NCBI GenBank assembly: GCA_963662655.2
Contig: CAXXTU010000002.1
Span: forward strand, 256,001 to 320,000
DNA: 64,000 nucleotides
Source of the DNA: Candidatus Cloacimonadales bacterium
Lineage (GTDB): Bacteria; Cloacimonadota; Cloacimonadia; Cloacimonadales; JAIOQZ01
Direction of reading: 5' to 3'
Numbering within the stretch: the first letter of the stretch is position 1; every line of letters begins with the position of its first letter. The notes beneath the pieces are model-generated. The model saw only the letters and a list, made by a program, of their open reading frames with translations, made no database searches and had not been told where the DNA came from. Positions 30,574-40,509 of the stretch are shown piece after piece. The translations under genes and the position numbers were made by a program.

Positions 30574-31416
30574 TTACTGACAAGATGATTCCAGATTTTC
30601 CAGGAACCAGGTTTCTCCAAGTCGGACTTTTTGTAGTGGTTTGACATGATTCTGTAGTATCTTCCTTGCGATTTGTTCAAATTTCTGTTCGTTGTCACTT
30701 ACAAAAAAGCGGTCAGTCCCTTCGCCCGAGTCCGCGGGATCGGGGAGTATCTCCTTCAAATGAAACGCGATGGCTTCCGCGCTGTCGATCAAAGTAACGT
30801 CGTCTCCCGCGACCTGCCTGATGGTGTCCTTGAGGATCGGGTAATGTGTGCAGCCGAGGACGAGCGTATCGATATTCATGTGCAGGAGGTCTCTCAGGTA
30901 TTCCTCTGCGACCATCCTCGTGACGGTGTGGTCTTCCCAGCCTTCTTCAGCAAACGGCACGAACAGCGGACATGCAGTACCGAGAACCTCTTGATTCCCA
31001 TCGAGATCGTTGATCGCGTGCTTGTAGGCTTCGCTGCGGATGGTTCCTTCCGTTCCGATCACTCCGATCCGGCGATTCTTCGTCGCTTCGATCGCCATGC
31101 GCGCGCCGGGTTCGATCACCCCGATGACGGGGACATCGAAACGGGCCTGAAGCGCAGGCAGGGCAACGGACGCCGCCGTGTTGCAGGCGACCACGATGAT
31201 CTTGGCGTTGAGTTGCAGCAGGAAACGGGCGTTCTGGATGGAATAGTTGATGACGGTCTCACGAGATTTGGGGCCGTACGGTACGCGAGCGGTATCGCCG
31301 AAATAGACGATATCCTCGTGGGGGAAGAGACGACGAATTTCCCGGAAGACGGTGAGTCCTCCGACTCCTGAATCGAAAATGCCTATCGGTTGTTTTAAGC
31401 TCAACCTCGTTTTCAT
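30574..31416 (-). CDS. murI: Glutamate racemase
   Basis: FDSGVGGLT, VPYG, ACNTA, LGCTHYP. Confidence 0.97.
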   Translation of the reverse strand: MKTRLSLKQPIGIFDSGVGGLTVFREIRRLFPHEDIVYFGDTARVPYGPKSRETVINYSIQNARFLLQLNAKIIVVACNTAASVALPALQARFDVPVIGVIEPGARMAIEATKNRRIGVIGTEGTIRSEAYKHAINDLDGNQEVLGTACPLFVPFAEEGWEDHTVTRMVAEEYLRDLLHMNIDTLVLGCTHYPILKDTIRQVAGDDVTLIDSAEAIAFHLKEILPDPADSGEGTDRFFVSDNEQKFEQIARKILQNHVKPLQKVRLGETWFLENLESSCQ

Positions 31417-32486
31417 CAGTAATCCAGAATGGATTGCAGGGTTTTCGCGTCGAATTTCCGGCTGATAACGGTAATCAGCCTGATGAGGTTCTCGTAGTCG
31501 TCCATGGATATCGAGCCGATATGGCTGTGCGCGTATCGAACCGGGACTCCCAGGACGATGGACGGGATACCTTCGTGGGCAAGGTGAATCCTCGCGCCGT
31601 CGGTTCCGCCGCCTTTTCGGACAGCCATCTGGATCGGGATGTCGTTTTCTTTAGCCGTATCAATAACAAACTGGCACAATCCCTGATGGACGAGCATGCT
31701 CGGATCGTACAGGCGGACGTGAACGCCCTTTCCAACGCAAGTTTGCGGAGTCGATTTGGCGTACTGGCCGATGGTGTCGTCCGCAGGAGGACCTTCCAGG
31801 ATAAACGCGATATCCGGCTTGACGATGCTGGTGATGACCTGCGCACCGCGCACGCCGACCTCTTCCTGCACGCTTCCAGCGCAGTAGATCGTGTTCGGAT
31901 GATCCATTTTCTCTATGGCTTTACCCAGCTCGATCGCGGCGCCGATTCCGACGCGGTTGTCGAACGCCTTGTGGAACAATCGATTGGTTTCTTTGGTGTA
32001 GTTGGGGATGCAGTGGGGGACGATCGCGTTACCGCGAGTCACGTGGAAAACGTTCTCCGCTTCTTCGGCAGATGCCGCGCCGATATCGATGAACAGGGCG
32101 TCCATGTCAACGGAGGCGGATTCGCCTTTCTTCAGGTAATGCTTCGGTATCGAGCCGAAGACGCCGTAGACTTTCTCGCCCTTGTTGTTGATGATCTCCA
32201 CCGACTGTGACATCAGGGTTCCCGGATCCCATCCGCCGATGGGCTGGACTTTGATCAATCCCTTTTCCGTGATATCGAACACGATGAACCCGACCTCGTC
32301 CATGTGCCCGACGAATAGTAGTTTCGGGTCGTCGGAGGATCCCTTGTGCTCAAATACGATGGAACCGAGACGGTCGCGCTTGTAATTGTCTGCCAGTTCA
32401 CGAATCATGATCTCGCGTACCGGTTTTTCAAATCCGGAGATGGCAGGCGTATCGCATAGTTCTTGAAGAAGTTGCAGTTTTGTCAT
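31416..32486 (-). CDS. M42 family metallo-aminopeptidase
   Basis: GHMDEVG, KAFDNR, VQEEVG, GGTD, RYAHS. Confidence 0.93.
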   Translation of the reverse strand: MTKLQLLQELCDTPAISGFEKPVREIMIRELADNYKRDRLGSIVFEHKGSSDDPKLLFVGHMDEVGFIVFDITEKGLIKVQPIGGWDPGTLMSQSVEIINNKGEKVYGVFGSIPKHYLKKGESASVDMDALFIDIGAASAEEAENVFHVTRGNAIVPHCIPNYTKETNRLFHKAFDNRVGIGAAIELGKAIEKMDHPNTIYCAGSVQEEVGVRGAQVITSIVKPDIAFILEGPPADDTIGQYAKSTPQTCVGKGVHVRLYDPSMLVHQGLCQFVIDTAKENDIPIQMAVRKGGGTDGARIHLAHEGIPSIVLGVPVRYAHSHIGSISMDDYENLIRLITVISRKFDAKTLQSILDY

Positions 32487-32908
32487 ACGTTACCCCTTTC
32501 GTTTACTGCAAAATTCGGGAGCGCCGAGGAAATGTCAAGCGGAAAACAACCGTAAAAAGGATATTAAGAAATCAAAAAACCCGCGTGCTTTCTGCCAGCG
32601 GATTTCCGGCGTTTCCCCGTGACCGGCGATTGTGCGGCGAGCGGCAACAAGCGTAGCGGCCCTATTCGTCTCGCAGGAATTGGAACCCAGGGATTGGTGA
32701 TTATACTCACCGAATTCAGGATAATGCTTTCAGAATATCCTGGATTCTGGGCTCGATTAACTACGCGTCGCAATTTTTGTGTTGACATCGTTTTCATTGT
32801 GTTGTAGTTTATCTACAGCATGGACGCATGCTGTCTTTTCTTGCACTCCTTCATAACAATCCGAGTCGAACCGCAAGTGTATTCAATTAACCACGAAGGA
32901 GATGCAAG

Positions 32909-33256
32909 ATGATCAGCATTAGTGAAACCGCACGGTTGACGGCAGGTTTATCAACGGCAATCGGGGAGGCGCAGGCTTCTCAGATGGGGCTCGATAAAAC
33001 CTCAGCACAGGGTCTGGCGATTACCAACTTGATGGACTCATCCAATGGAAGCGCTTACAATGTGAGCATTGGGGACGGTCCGCAGTATCAAACCTACAAC
33101 TCGAAAGGACAGCTCGGGGCGGATATCGTGAATTCCACGTTGAACACGATGAATTCCGGACAGTATCAGCATCGTAACCGGATAAGTGGAGCTAACGCGC
33201 AACGAGCCAGCTATCATTTCAATAGGGATGTGCTCGGCTCTGCGTACGGTGGATAA
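32909..33256 (+). CDS. Hypothetical 115-aa protein
   Basis: AAGGAG RBS, TTGACA at 32782; no recognised domain. Confidence 0.6.
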   Translation: MISISETARLTAGLSTAIGEAQASQMGLDKTSAQGLAITNLMDSSNGSAYNVSIGDGPQYQTYNSKGQLGADIVNSTLNTMNSGQYQHRNRISGANAQRASYHFNRDVLGSAYGG

Positions 33257-33257
33257 A

Positions 33258-33452
33258 TCAGGAGGAGAGGATCGAAATCAGTAACAGAACGATGAATACG
33301 GGAAGAAGCATGAGATTCATTACGCAACCGGACTTGTTGTGCGTACGGTAGTCGCGATCGCGCAGCCTGTCCAGGCGACGGCGCATCTCGTAAAACTCTT
33401 CGCGTTCATCGCGATCTGAATGCTCTTCTGTGTGATCTCTTTCTTCTTCCAC
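33258..33452 (-). CDS. Small hypothetical protein with C-terminal TM segment
   Basis: 64 aa, GTG start, directly downstream of the DUF6165-like gene. Confidence 0.45.
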   Translation of the reverse strand: MEEERDHTEEHSDRDEREEFYEMRRRLDRLRDRDYRTHNKSGCVMNLMLLPVFIVLLLISILSS

Positions 33453-33463
33453 TTTAGGTACCG

Positions 33464-33853
33464 TTATTTTGATTGATAATCGGTGTATTGCTTTTCTTCG
33501 ATCAGCTCAGAGCCAAAGGCGAGGTTGATTTCCCGCTTGATCTCTGCGCGAACATCGTTACTGAAATAAACGCTACGGGCGAGTTCGATGAAAACTTCGT
33601 CGAATTCCCCGTCTTTTTCTTTGATGCGAATCCTGTCTTCGATATCCCAAAGCTTGAGATTGATTTCTTTCAGGCGATTGTAGTAGTCGGAATTTACATC
33701 GATGCCCAATTCGTTCATCGGCACGGCAAGAATGTCGTGCTCTCTTTTCACGTTTTTCTTCTTGTCGTCGTTCGTGAACTTCTCCAGCTTGATTGCAAGA
33801 ATCGTTACTTTGTCCACGAGTTCACCAATTGATACATCGATCTTCATTCCCAT
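33464..33853 (-). CDS. DUF6165-like protein
   Basis: VSIGELVDKVTIL, LWDIEDRIR, ELARSVY, EEKQY; GAGG RBS. Confidence 0.75.
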   Translation of the reverse strand: MGMKIDVSIGELVDKVTILAIKLEKFTNDDKKKNVKREHDILAVPMNELGIDVNSDYYNRLKEINLKLWDIEDRIRIKEKDGEFDEVFIELARSVYFSNDVRAEIKREINLAFGSELIEEKQYTDYQSK

Positions 33854-34038
33854 TACAACCTCAATAATAAAATTTGGGAACCATAACGTCAAACGAAAAA
33901 TATCTGTCAAGATTGGAATGTCGTTTCGTCGGAGGCCGTATTGTAATTGACTGCATAGCAGTATGATGGTTTTGTTGTGAATTTTCGTTCAGTTTTTGAG
34001 GCGGGAAAGGCAATCCTTGGAGAAAGGGAGCCCTCTGT

Positions 34039-34065
34039 TAAGCACTCTGTTGGGGCGAGTGCTAA
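34039..34065. promoter_or_regulatory. CIRCE operator (HrcA) upstream of htpG
   Basis: TAAGCACTC-N9-GAGTGCTAA, one mismatch to consensus; TTGACA at 34073 and TATTTT at 34096. Confidence 0.85.
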
Positions 34066-34126
34066 TTTTTGATTGACAACTTCCCGGCGGTTTCGTATTT
34101 TATCGCAAAAAAAGTGAGGTGAGCTT

Positions 34127-36013
34127 ATGGCTGAAGAAAAGAAAACGGCAGAACAAGAGAAAGGTCAAGAAACCGAGCTCAAGAAAGGCTCTCTGAAAAT
34201 ACATAGTGAAAACATCTTTCCGATCATCAAGAAATGGCTCTATTCCGAGCACGATATCTTCATCCGCGAATTGATCTCCAATTCCGTTGATGCCATGAAT
34301 AAAAGAAAGGTACTTCAACCGGATCTGGACGAAAAGGAACTTCGCATCGAGGTGAAGATCGATAAAGCCGCTCGCAGGATCGATGTGATCGACTACGGCA
34401 TCGGCATGGACGCGACGGAAGTGAAGAAGTACATCAACCAGATCGCGTTCTCGGGGGCCGAGGAGTTCATCGAGAAATTCAAGGACAAGCAATCGAATAT
34501 CATCGGCCATTTCGGGCTGGGCTTCTATTCGTCGTTCATGGTGGCGGAAAAAGTTACCATCGACACGCTCTCGTACAAGCCGAAAAGCAAGCCGGCTTTC
34601 TGGGAGTGCGACGGCTCGACCGATTACGCGATGGGGGCCGGCGCTAGGACGGAAGTAGGAACGACCGTTTCCATCCATGTGTCCAAAGACAACGACCAGT
34701 ACCTGGAGGAGAGCAAGCTTCAGGAGATCATCGAGCGTTTCTGCAACTTCATGCCCTTCCCGATCAAGCTGGGTGATACGGACATCAATCTCCAGGAGGC
34801 CCTGTGGTTGCGTCCGCCAAGCGAGGTCAAGGAAGAGGAATACAAGGAATTCTATAAGAAAATGTTCCACGAGTGGGACGATCCGTTATTCTGGATCCAC
34901 CTCAACGCGGATTACCCCTTCAACCTGAAGGGAATCCTGTTCTTCCCGAAGATCCGCAACGATCTGGATATCAATCGCGGCCAGGTGAAACTTTACTGCA
35001 ACAACGTGTTTGTGGCGGACAACCTGAAGGAGTTCATCCCGGAGTTTCTGCTGCTTCTCCGCGGTGGAATCGACGTGCCGGATATCCCTTTAAATGTTTC
35101 CCGCAGCTTCTTGCAGCAGGATCAGCAGGTGAAGAAGATTTCCAAGTACATCGTGAAGAAGGTAGCTGATCATTTCAAGGCGCTGTTCAAGGAAGACCGC
35201 AAGAAATACGAAGAGCTCTGGAACGACATGAACCATTTCGTAAAGGTCGGGATGCTGACAAACGAAGACTTCTTCGAGCAGTTGAAGGATCTGGTTGTCT
35301 ACAAAACTTCGGACGATCGCTGGGTGACGCTGGAGGAATACAAGGAGAAAAACCAGACCGACATTAACTTCGTCAAGGCAGGTATTGATGAGACAGACGA
35401 GCGGAAGAGCTATCGTTACTTCTACTCACCGGGCGAAAACTCGCAGGTCACCTACCTCAAGATGATGAAAGAGATGGGCGTCGAGGTGATCTTCACCGAT
35501 TCTCCTCTGGACACGCACCTCTTCCAGCGCTTCGAGATGAGCATGCCGTTTACGGGTTTTGCGCGAATCGATTCGGAATTGCTGGATGACGTGGTCGATT
35601 CAGGAAAAGCCGAGGTTGTCGACGCAAACAACAAGACAGAGGCCGAACGGGTGAAAGACGTGTTTGACAAGGCTTTGGATAACAAACAGATCACCGTGGA
35701 AGCCAAGCGACTGAAGTCCGAAGAAATCGCTTCGCTGGTCGTATTGAACGAACATGTACGCCGCTTCCAGGAAATGAGCATGATGATGCCCGGTGCAAAA
35801 GGCGATCTGCTTGCGAATCATACGCTTGTGGTGAACATCGAGAATCCGACGGTGAAGAAGATCATCAAGCTGGAAGGACTGGGCAAGGAAGAAGACGTAA
35901 AATTTTTATGTAAGTATTTACATCAGCTTGCGTTGATAGAACAGAAGCGATTTGACGGCGACGAGCTGAGGAGCTTCCTTGATAACGCCAATAAGGTTCT
36001 GCGTATGCTCTGA
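34127..36013 (+). CDS. htpG: Chaperone HtpG (Hsp90)
   Basis: FIRELISNSVDA, DYGIGM, IGHFGLGFYS, LNVSRS. Confidence 0.97.
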   Translation: MAEEKKTAEQEKGQETELKKGSLKIHSENIFPIIKKWLYSEHDIFIRELISNSVDAMNKRKVLQPDLDEKELRIEVKIDKAARRIDVIDYGIGMDATEVKKYINQIAFSGAEEFIEKFKDKQSNIIGHFGLGFYSSFMVAEKVTIDTLSYKPKSKPAFWECDGSTDYAMGAGARTEVGTTVSIHVSKDNDQYLEESKLQEIIERFCNFMPFPIKLGDTDINLQEALWLRPPSEVKEEEYKEFYKKMFHEWDDPLFWIHLNADYPFNLKGILFFPKIRNDLDINRGQVKLYCNNVFVADNLKEFIPEFLLLLRGGIDVPDIPLNVSRSFLQQDQQVKKISKYIVKKVADHFKALFKEDRKKYEELWNDMNHFVKVGMLTNEDFFEQLKDLVVYKTSDDRWVTLEEYKEKNQTDINFVKAGIDETDERKSYRYFYSPGENSQVTYLKMMKEMGVEVIFTDSPLDTHLFQRFEMSMPFTGFARIDSELLDDVVDSGKAEVVDANNKTEAERVKDVFDKALDNKQITVEAKRLKSEEIASLVVLNEHVRRFQEMSMMMPGAKGDLLANHTLVVNIENPTVKKIIKLEGLGKEEDVKFLCKYLHQLALIEQKRFDGDELRSFLDNANKVLRML

Positions 36014-36059
36014 GCGATCTGAATTGATCGCCAGTCGTAGAATCTCAGAAAAAATTATC

Positions 36060-36097
36060 AAAAAACAATTGCTTCTTTCGGGGAGCAATTGTTTTTT
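36060..36097 (+). terminator. Terminator after htpG
   Basis: aaaaaacaattgctt-ctttcgg-ggagcaattgtttttt. Confidence 0.75.
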
Positions 36098-36125
36098 GAT
36101 TACAAATGATATCTATGGAGGAAGT

Positions 36126-36614
36126 ATGCGCAGGATATCCCTTTTATGTTTCCTTGTACTATTCTTTGCTGTCGCAATGAGTGCACAGGAGGGTCAAGAT
36201 CAGAATCAAGGCCAGAATGTTTCGGCACCAAGAGGTACACCATATTCAATTGTTGCTTATATTTTTCACGAAGATGGAGAAACGCCACATAAAACAATTT
36301 CTGTGAAATTCAAGGACGAAGAAGTGCTTGCACCGGGTCAGGGTCCATACTATCTGAATTGGGAAGGTGAAGAAGATACGGCCCTGGGTTCACGTTATCT
36401 ACCAGAGTATGGATACCTTCAGATTCAATTGGGCGTGTTAACGTACAAAGCCCCAGGACATCACATCCATGTCTGGTTGATCGGTGACGATGGGACAGAA
36501 TATGAAACTGTGGTTGAAATGGATGATAAGGATTTTATTCGCATCGATGATATCATGATCGGGAAGAAGCCATACAAGATCAAGGACAATCCAACACAAA
36601 AATACGGGGAGTAG
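36126..36614 (+). CDS. Hypothetical exported protein
   Basis: GGAGG RBS, signal peptide ending AMSA, Q/N-rich linker. Confidence 0.7.
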   Translation: MRRISLLCFLVLFFAVAMSAQEGQDQNQGQNVSAPRGTPYSIVAYIFHEDGETPHKTISVKFKDEEVLAPGQGPYYLNWEGEEDTALGSRYLPEYGYLQIQLGVLTYKAPGHHIHVWLIGDDGTEYETVVEMDDKDFIRIDDIMIGKKPYKIKDNPTQKYGE

Positions 36615-36780
36615 GCTCGCTGGAGAATCCGCTTACGTTAATGATCAATAATGTTTGTGCGGATATCAATATTTTGTTTTTATGGTAACGCCAGATAAAA
36701 CAAAATCATTGACACACTTGATGAACCTCAAATCTTTGCATCGAACCAAATGGTTCGCTCTTCATAAAAGGAGGTTCTAA

Positions 36781-38028
36781 ATGGCGAAAATACGTCCATT
36801 CCGAGGTTTGAGACCCACACCAGATAAGGTGAAAGAAGTAGCTTCTCTACCCTATGATGTGATCAACTCTGCTGAAGCGAGAGAGATGGCGAAGGGAAAA
36901 CCTCACACATTTCTTCACGTTGTAAAACCCGAGATTGACCTTCCGGAAGATGTCGACCTTTATGATGATAAAGTATATGCAAAAGGTAAAGAGAATCTCC
37001 AGAAGCTGATCGCGGACGGCGTATTGATTCAAGACGACAAGCCTTCTCTGTACCTCTACCAGCAGGGAATGGGATATCACAAACAGATCGGCCTGGTTGC
37101 TTGCGCTTCCGTGGAAGACTACGAAAACGATGTGATCAAGAAACACGAATTCACCAGGGCCGACAAGGAAGCCGACCGTATTCGCCACGTTGATACGCAA
37201 AACGCGAATGCCGGCCCGATCTTCCTTACCTATCGTGCAAACGCCGAGATGGACAAACTCGTTAAAGATTTTGTGGAAAAGAACGATCCGATATACGACT
37301 TCGTAGCTGAAGACGGTATCTGGCACACGCTCTGGAAAATCGAAGACTCATCTATGATCGCCTGGATCGAGAAGTTCTTTGCAGGAACCGAAAGCTTGTA
37401 TGTTGCCGACGGTCATCACCGTTCAGCTTCTGCAGCCAAAGTCGGAGCGAAACGCCGTGAAGCCAATCCAAACCACACAGGCGAAGAAGAATACAACTTC
37501 TTCCTTTCGGTGATCTTCCCGCACGACCAATTATACATTATGGACTACAACCGCATCGTGAAAGACCTCAACGGCAATACCCAGGAACAATTCATCGGCA
37601 AGGTCAAAGAGAACTTCGATATCGAGCCGATCGAAGGTTCCGGCGGTTTCAGTCCCGAAAACCTTCACGAGTACGGTATGTACATGAACAGGAAATGGTA
37701 CAAGATTACCGCGAAAAAGGGTTCTTTCGACGCGAAGGATCCCGTCGGTTCTCTCGACGTTTCGATCCTGCAGAACAATCTGCTTTCCCCGATCCTCGGA
37801 ATCGAAGATCCTCGCAAGGACAAGCGGATCGATTTTGTTGGCGGAATCCGCGGTCTGGAAGAGCTTCGTAAACGTGTGGACGCCGGCGAAGCGGTAGCTT
37901 TTGCGATGTATCCGACAACGATCGAACAGCTTATGGCGATCGCGGACACGGGCAACGTCATGCCTCCGAAATCGACCTGGTTCGAGCCGAAGCTTCGCTC
38001 GGGCATCGTTGTTCATCTGCTCGATTAA
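36781..38028 (+). CDS. DUF1015 family protein
   Basis: PYDVI, KKHEFTR, YVADGHHR, MPPKSTWFEPKLRSG. Confidence 0.9.
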   Translation: MAKIRPFRGLRPTPDKVKEVASLPYDVINSAEAREMAKGKPHTFLHVVKPEIDLPEDVDLYDDKVYAKGKENLQKLIADGVLIQDDKPSLYLYQQGMGYHKQIGLVACASVEDYENDVIKKHEFTRADKEADRIRHVDTQNANAGPIFLTYRANAEMDKLVKDFVEKNDPIYDFVAEDGIWHTLWKIEDSSMIAWIEKFFAGTESLYVADGHHRSASAAKVGAKRREANPNHTGEEEYNFFLSVIFPHDQLYIMDYNRIVKDLNGNTQEQFIGKVKENFDIEPIEGSGGFSPENLHEYGMYMNRKWYKITAKKGSFDAKDPVGSLDVSILQNNLLSPILGIEDPRKDKRIDFVGGIRGLEELRKRVDAGEAVAFAMYPTTIEQLMAIADTGNVMPPKSTWFEPKLRSGIVVHLLD

Positions 38029-38051
38029 TAAAAAATAGCTTGATAAATCAA

Positions 38052-38085
38052 GAGTCTCCTGTCGGATTGGCGGGAGACTTTTTTT
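38052..38085 (+). terminator. Terminator after the DUF1015 gene
   Basis: agtctcctgtc...ggcgggagact followed by a T run. Confidence 0.75.
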
Positions 38086-38096
38086 GTGAGGAACGC

Positions 38097-39191
38097 TTGA
38101 ATATTCTTTTTTTTAATGCTAAGAAGGGATGGGGCGGTGTAACAAGCTGGATGGTGAAAACTACCCGACGCTTGAACGAACGCGGCCACAGGGTATCCAT
38201 CATCAGTCGCGGAGAATCACTTTTCACGAAGAAAGTGCCTTCCGATATCAATTATATTCCGATCAAGATAGGGATGGATTTCAATCCGCTTCTGATCGCG
38301 AAGCTGGTGCGGTACATCAGGAAGAACCGGATCGATGTCGTAATCACGAATACCCAGAAAGAGGTCTATGCGGCGGGAACAGCGGCGCGAATATGCGGAG
38401 TGCCGGTTTTGCGCAGACTAGGGACGGACCTTGATCTCGATTCCAGCTTCAAATCGCGTTTGTGTCAGAAATTCACAACCCATTACGTGATCCCCTGTCG
38501 CGACATTTACGTGAAGGTGGCGAAGAAGCAGTCAACGGCGAGGGAGATGGATTTTACGGTTGTCTACAACGGGCGGGATCCCGAGAATATTGGCGACGGA
38601 ACCATCCGGGAATTGCGCAAGAAATGGAACATCCCCTACGAAGCTTTTGTTATTGGCGTTACTTCGAAGCTGTCCAGAACAAAACGGGTCAATCTCATTA
38701 TCGATGTATTCTCGATGCTCAAAGATTCGTATCCGAATTTGTATCTGGTGATTGCTGGATCGGGAGAAGCCTCTCAGGATTTGATGGATCAGGTTGCCAG
38801 GCTGAATCTGAAAGACCGTGTGCGGTTCACCGGATTCACGGAAGAGACGATGACGTACGATGCGAGCTACGATCTGGCAGTCTCGGCATCGGTTCTGGAA
38901 GGATTTCCCAATACCGTCGTCGAATACATGGCTTCTGGAACGGCGGTTGTCAGCACGGATGTGAACGGGGTGCCGGAATTGATCGAGCACGAAGTGAACG
39001 GTCTGCTGATTCCACCGGACGACTCCGGTGCGTTGTACGAAGCCGTCAAGCGGATGATCGACGACGATACACTGCGCAGAAGGCTCAGGGATCGAGCGCT
39101 GGATACGATTCTGGCCCGATTTACCGAGAAGAAGATGATTGACGACATGGAGTCGCTCCTTTCCAAGCTGGTGGAGCGGAATCGGTCCTGA
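38097..39191 (+). CDS. GT4 family glycosyltransferase
   Basis: WGG, EGFPNTVVEYMASG, GVPELI; probable TTG start after GAGG. Confidence 0.9.
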   Translation: MNILFFNAKKGWGGVTSWMVKTTRRLNERGHRVSIISRGESLFTKKVPSDINYIPIKIGMDFNPLLIAKLVRYIRKNRIDVVITNTQKEVYAAGTAARICGVPVLRRLGTDLDLDSSFKSRLCQKFTTHYVIPCRDIYVKVAKKQSTAREMDFTVVYNGRDPENIGDGTIRELRKKWNIPYEAFVIGVTSKLSRTKRVNLIIDVFSMLKDSYPNLYLVIAGSGEASQDLMDQVARLNLKDRVRFTGFTEETMTYDASYDLAVSASVLEGFPNTVVEYMASGTAVVSTDVNGVPELIEHEVNGLLIPPDDSGALYEAVKRMIDDDTLRRRLRDRALDTILARFTEKKMIDDMESLLSKLVERNRS

Positions 39192-39286
39192 TCGTGCAAT
39201 TACTGCTTTATGCAAAAGTAACGCTTTTTAATTGACAGGTTTTCGTTGATATGGGGTTCATTGGGAATCAATGTTCTGGAGCGATT

Positions 39287-40186
39287 ATGAAGAACAAATT
39301 GAAGCGCTATCTCCTCGTCGATTACTACTTCATCGGGTACTTGCTGGCGGTATCGATCTTGCTGGTGCTGTTCCGCCAGAACGATGCTGACTGGTACATC
39401 AACGCTTCCATATATTTCGTGACCGCCGTGCTACTCATTGTTACGCTTCCGTGGTGGGAAAACGACCCGGACGGGAATCGCCTGTTTTACCTTTTACGAA
39501 CCGCGTATCCGATGATATTGATCGTCGTGACCTTCAAGCAGATCGAGCAGAATATGTACATCGTGATTCCCGAGTACATCGATCCCTGGCTGGAAAGCAT
39601 CGACCGGCTCATCTTCGGCGGAGCGCTTCCGTCCGACCGGTTTGCTCAGATCATTCCCTATCGCTGGTTTGGCGAACTGATGTCGCTGTTTTACGCATCG
39701 TACTATTTCCAGGTGTTCGGACTGATCATCATGTCATTCATCCGGAGAGAGCGCTACGAACGGATCGTATCGAACATCATCTTTGCGTTTTACGTTTGCT
39801 ACCTGACCTACACGCTGGTGCCGGCTCTGGGTCCCAGCTACGCGTACGGGACGTTGCACAACAACCTTTTCGAGGGCTACGGCATCACGTGGCTTCTGCA
39901 GAACGTCATTTTCATGGGCGACTCCAACGGCGCGGCGTTCCCGAGTTCCCATTGCCTGATAAGCGTCTTGTGTACGATCATGGCGCTGAAATATTTCCCG
40001 AGGATCGGCCGGTGGTACATCCTGTTCTGCCTCGGGCTGGTCGTCTCTACCGTATATATCAAGCAGCACTACGTAATCGACTCACTACTGGGCGTGATGC
40101 TCTCACCTGTGCTTTATCTGGCGGGGGACAGGCTTTACGGTCAGTGGGCTGCCTGGAGAGGTCCGGTGGGCGTGTCAGGTGAGTGA
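39287..40186 (+). CDS. PAP2/IPC-synthase-like membrane protein
   Basis: PALGP, AFPSSH, STVYIKQHYVID. Confidence 0.85.
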   Translation: MKNKLKRYLLVDYYFIGYLLAVSILLVLFRQNDADWYINASIYFVTAVLLIVTLPWWENDPDGNRLFYLLRTAYPMILIVVTFKQIEQNMYIVIPEYIDPWLESIDRLIFGGALPSDRFAQIIPYRWFGELMSLFYASYYFQVFGLIIMSFIRRERYERIVSNIIFAFYVCYLTYTLVPALGPSYAYGTLHNNLFEGYGITWLLQNVIFMGDSNGAAFPSSHCLISVLCTIMALKYFPRIGRWYILFCLGLVVSTVYIKQHYVIDSLLGVMLSPVLYLAGDRLYGQWAAWRGPVGVSGE

Positions 40187-40212
40187 TTGTCGAGATTCTT
40201 TTCATCGACGGC

Positions 40213-40359
40213 CGCGGCATCTTCGCCCGATCACCCCTCGAACGTGTATATAATACGGCTATCAGCGCAAGAGGAGCTTAATGACAGCGTGAATTCCCCG
40301 AGCGCTTCAAGCCGTATAACAACACGTTCTCTGGAGTGAAGCCGACGAATCTGCTCGCG
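40213..40359. repeat. Long palindromic intergenic element, copy B
   Basis: About 50-bp imperfect inverted arms; first 20 nt identical to copy A (cgcggcatcttcgcccgatc). Confidence 0.7.
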
Positions 40360-40509
40360 ACCTTGCAGCCGGGGAAATCAAATGAATTGCCGGAATTTTT
40401 TCAGTAATGGGCGATTCAACGCAATTTCGCATTCTCGCATGAATTTAAGATTGACAAAAAGTCCGATAAAGAAGGTCATGTATATAATAAGCACGATCAA
40501 AAACCGAGG

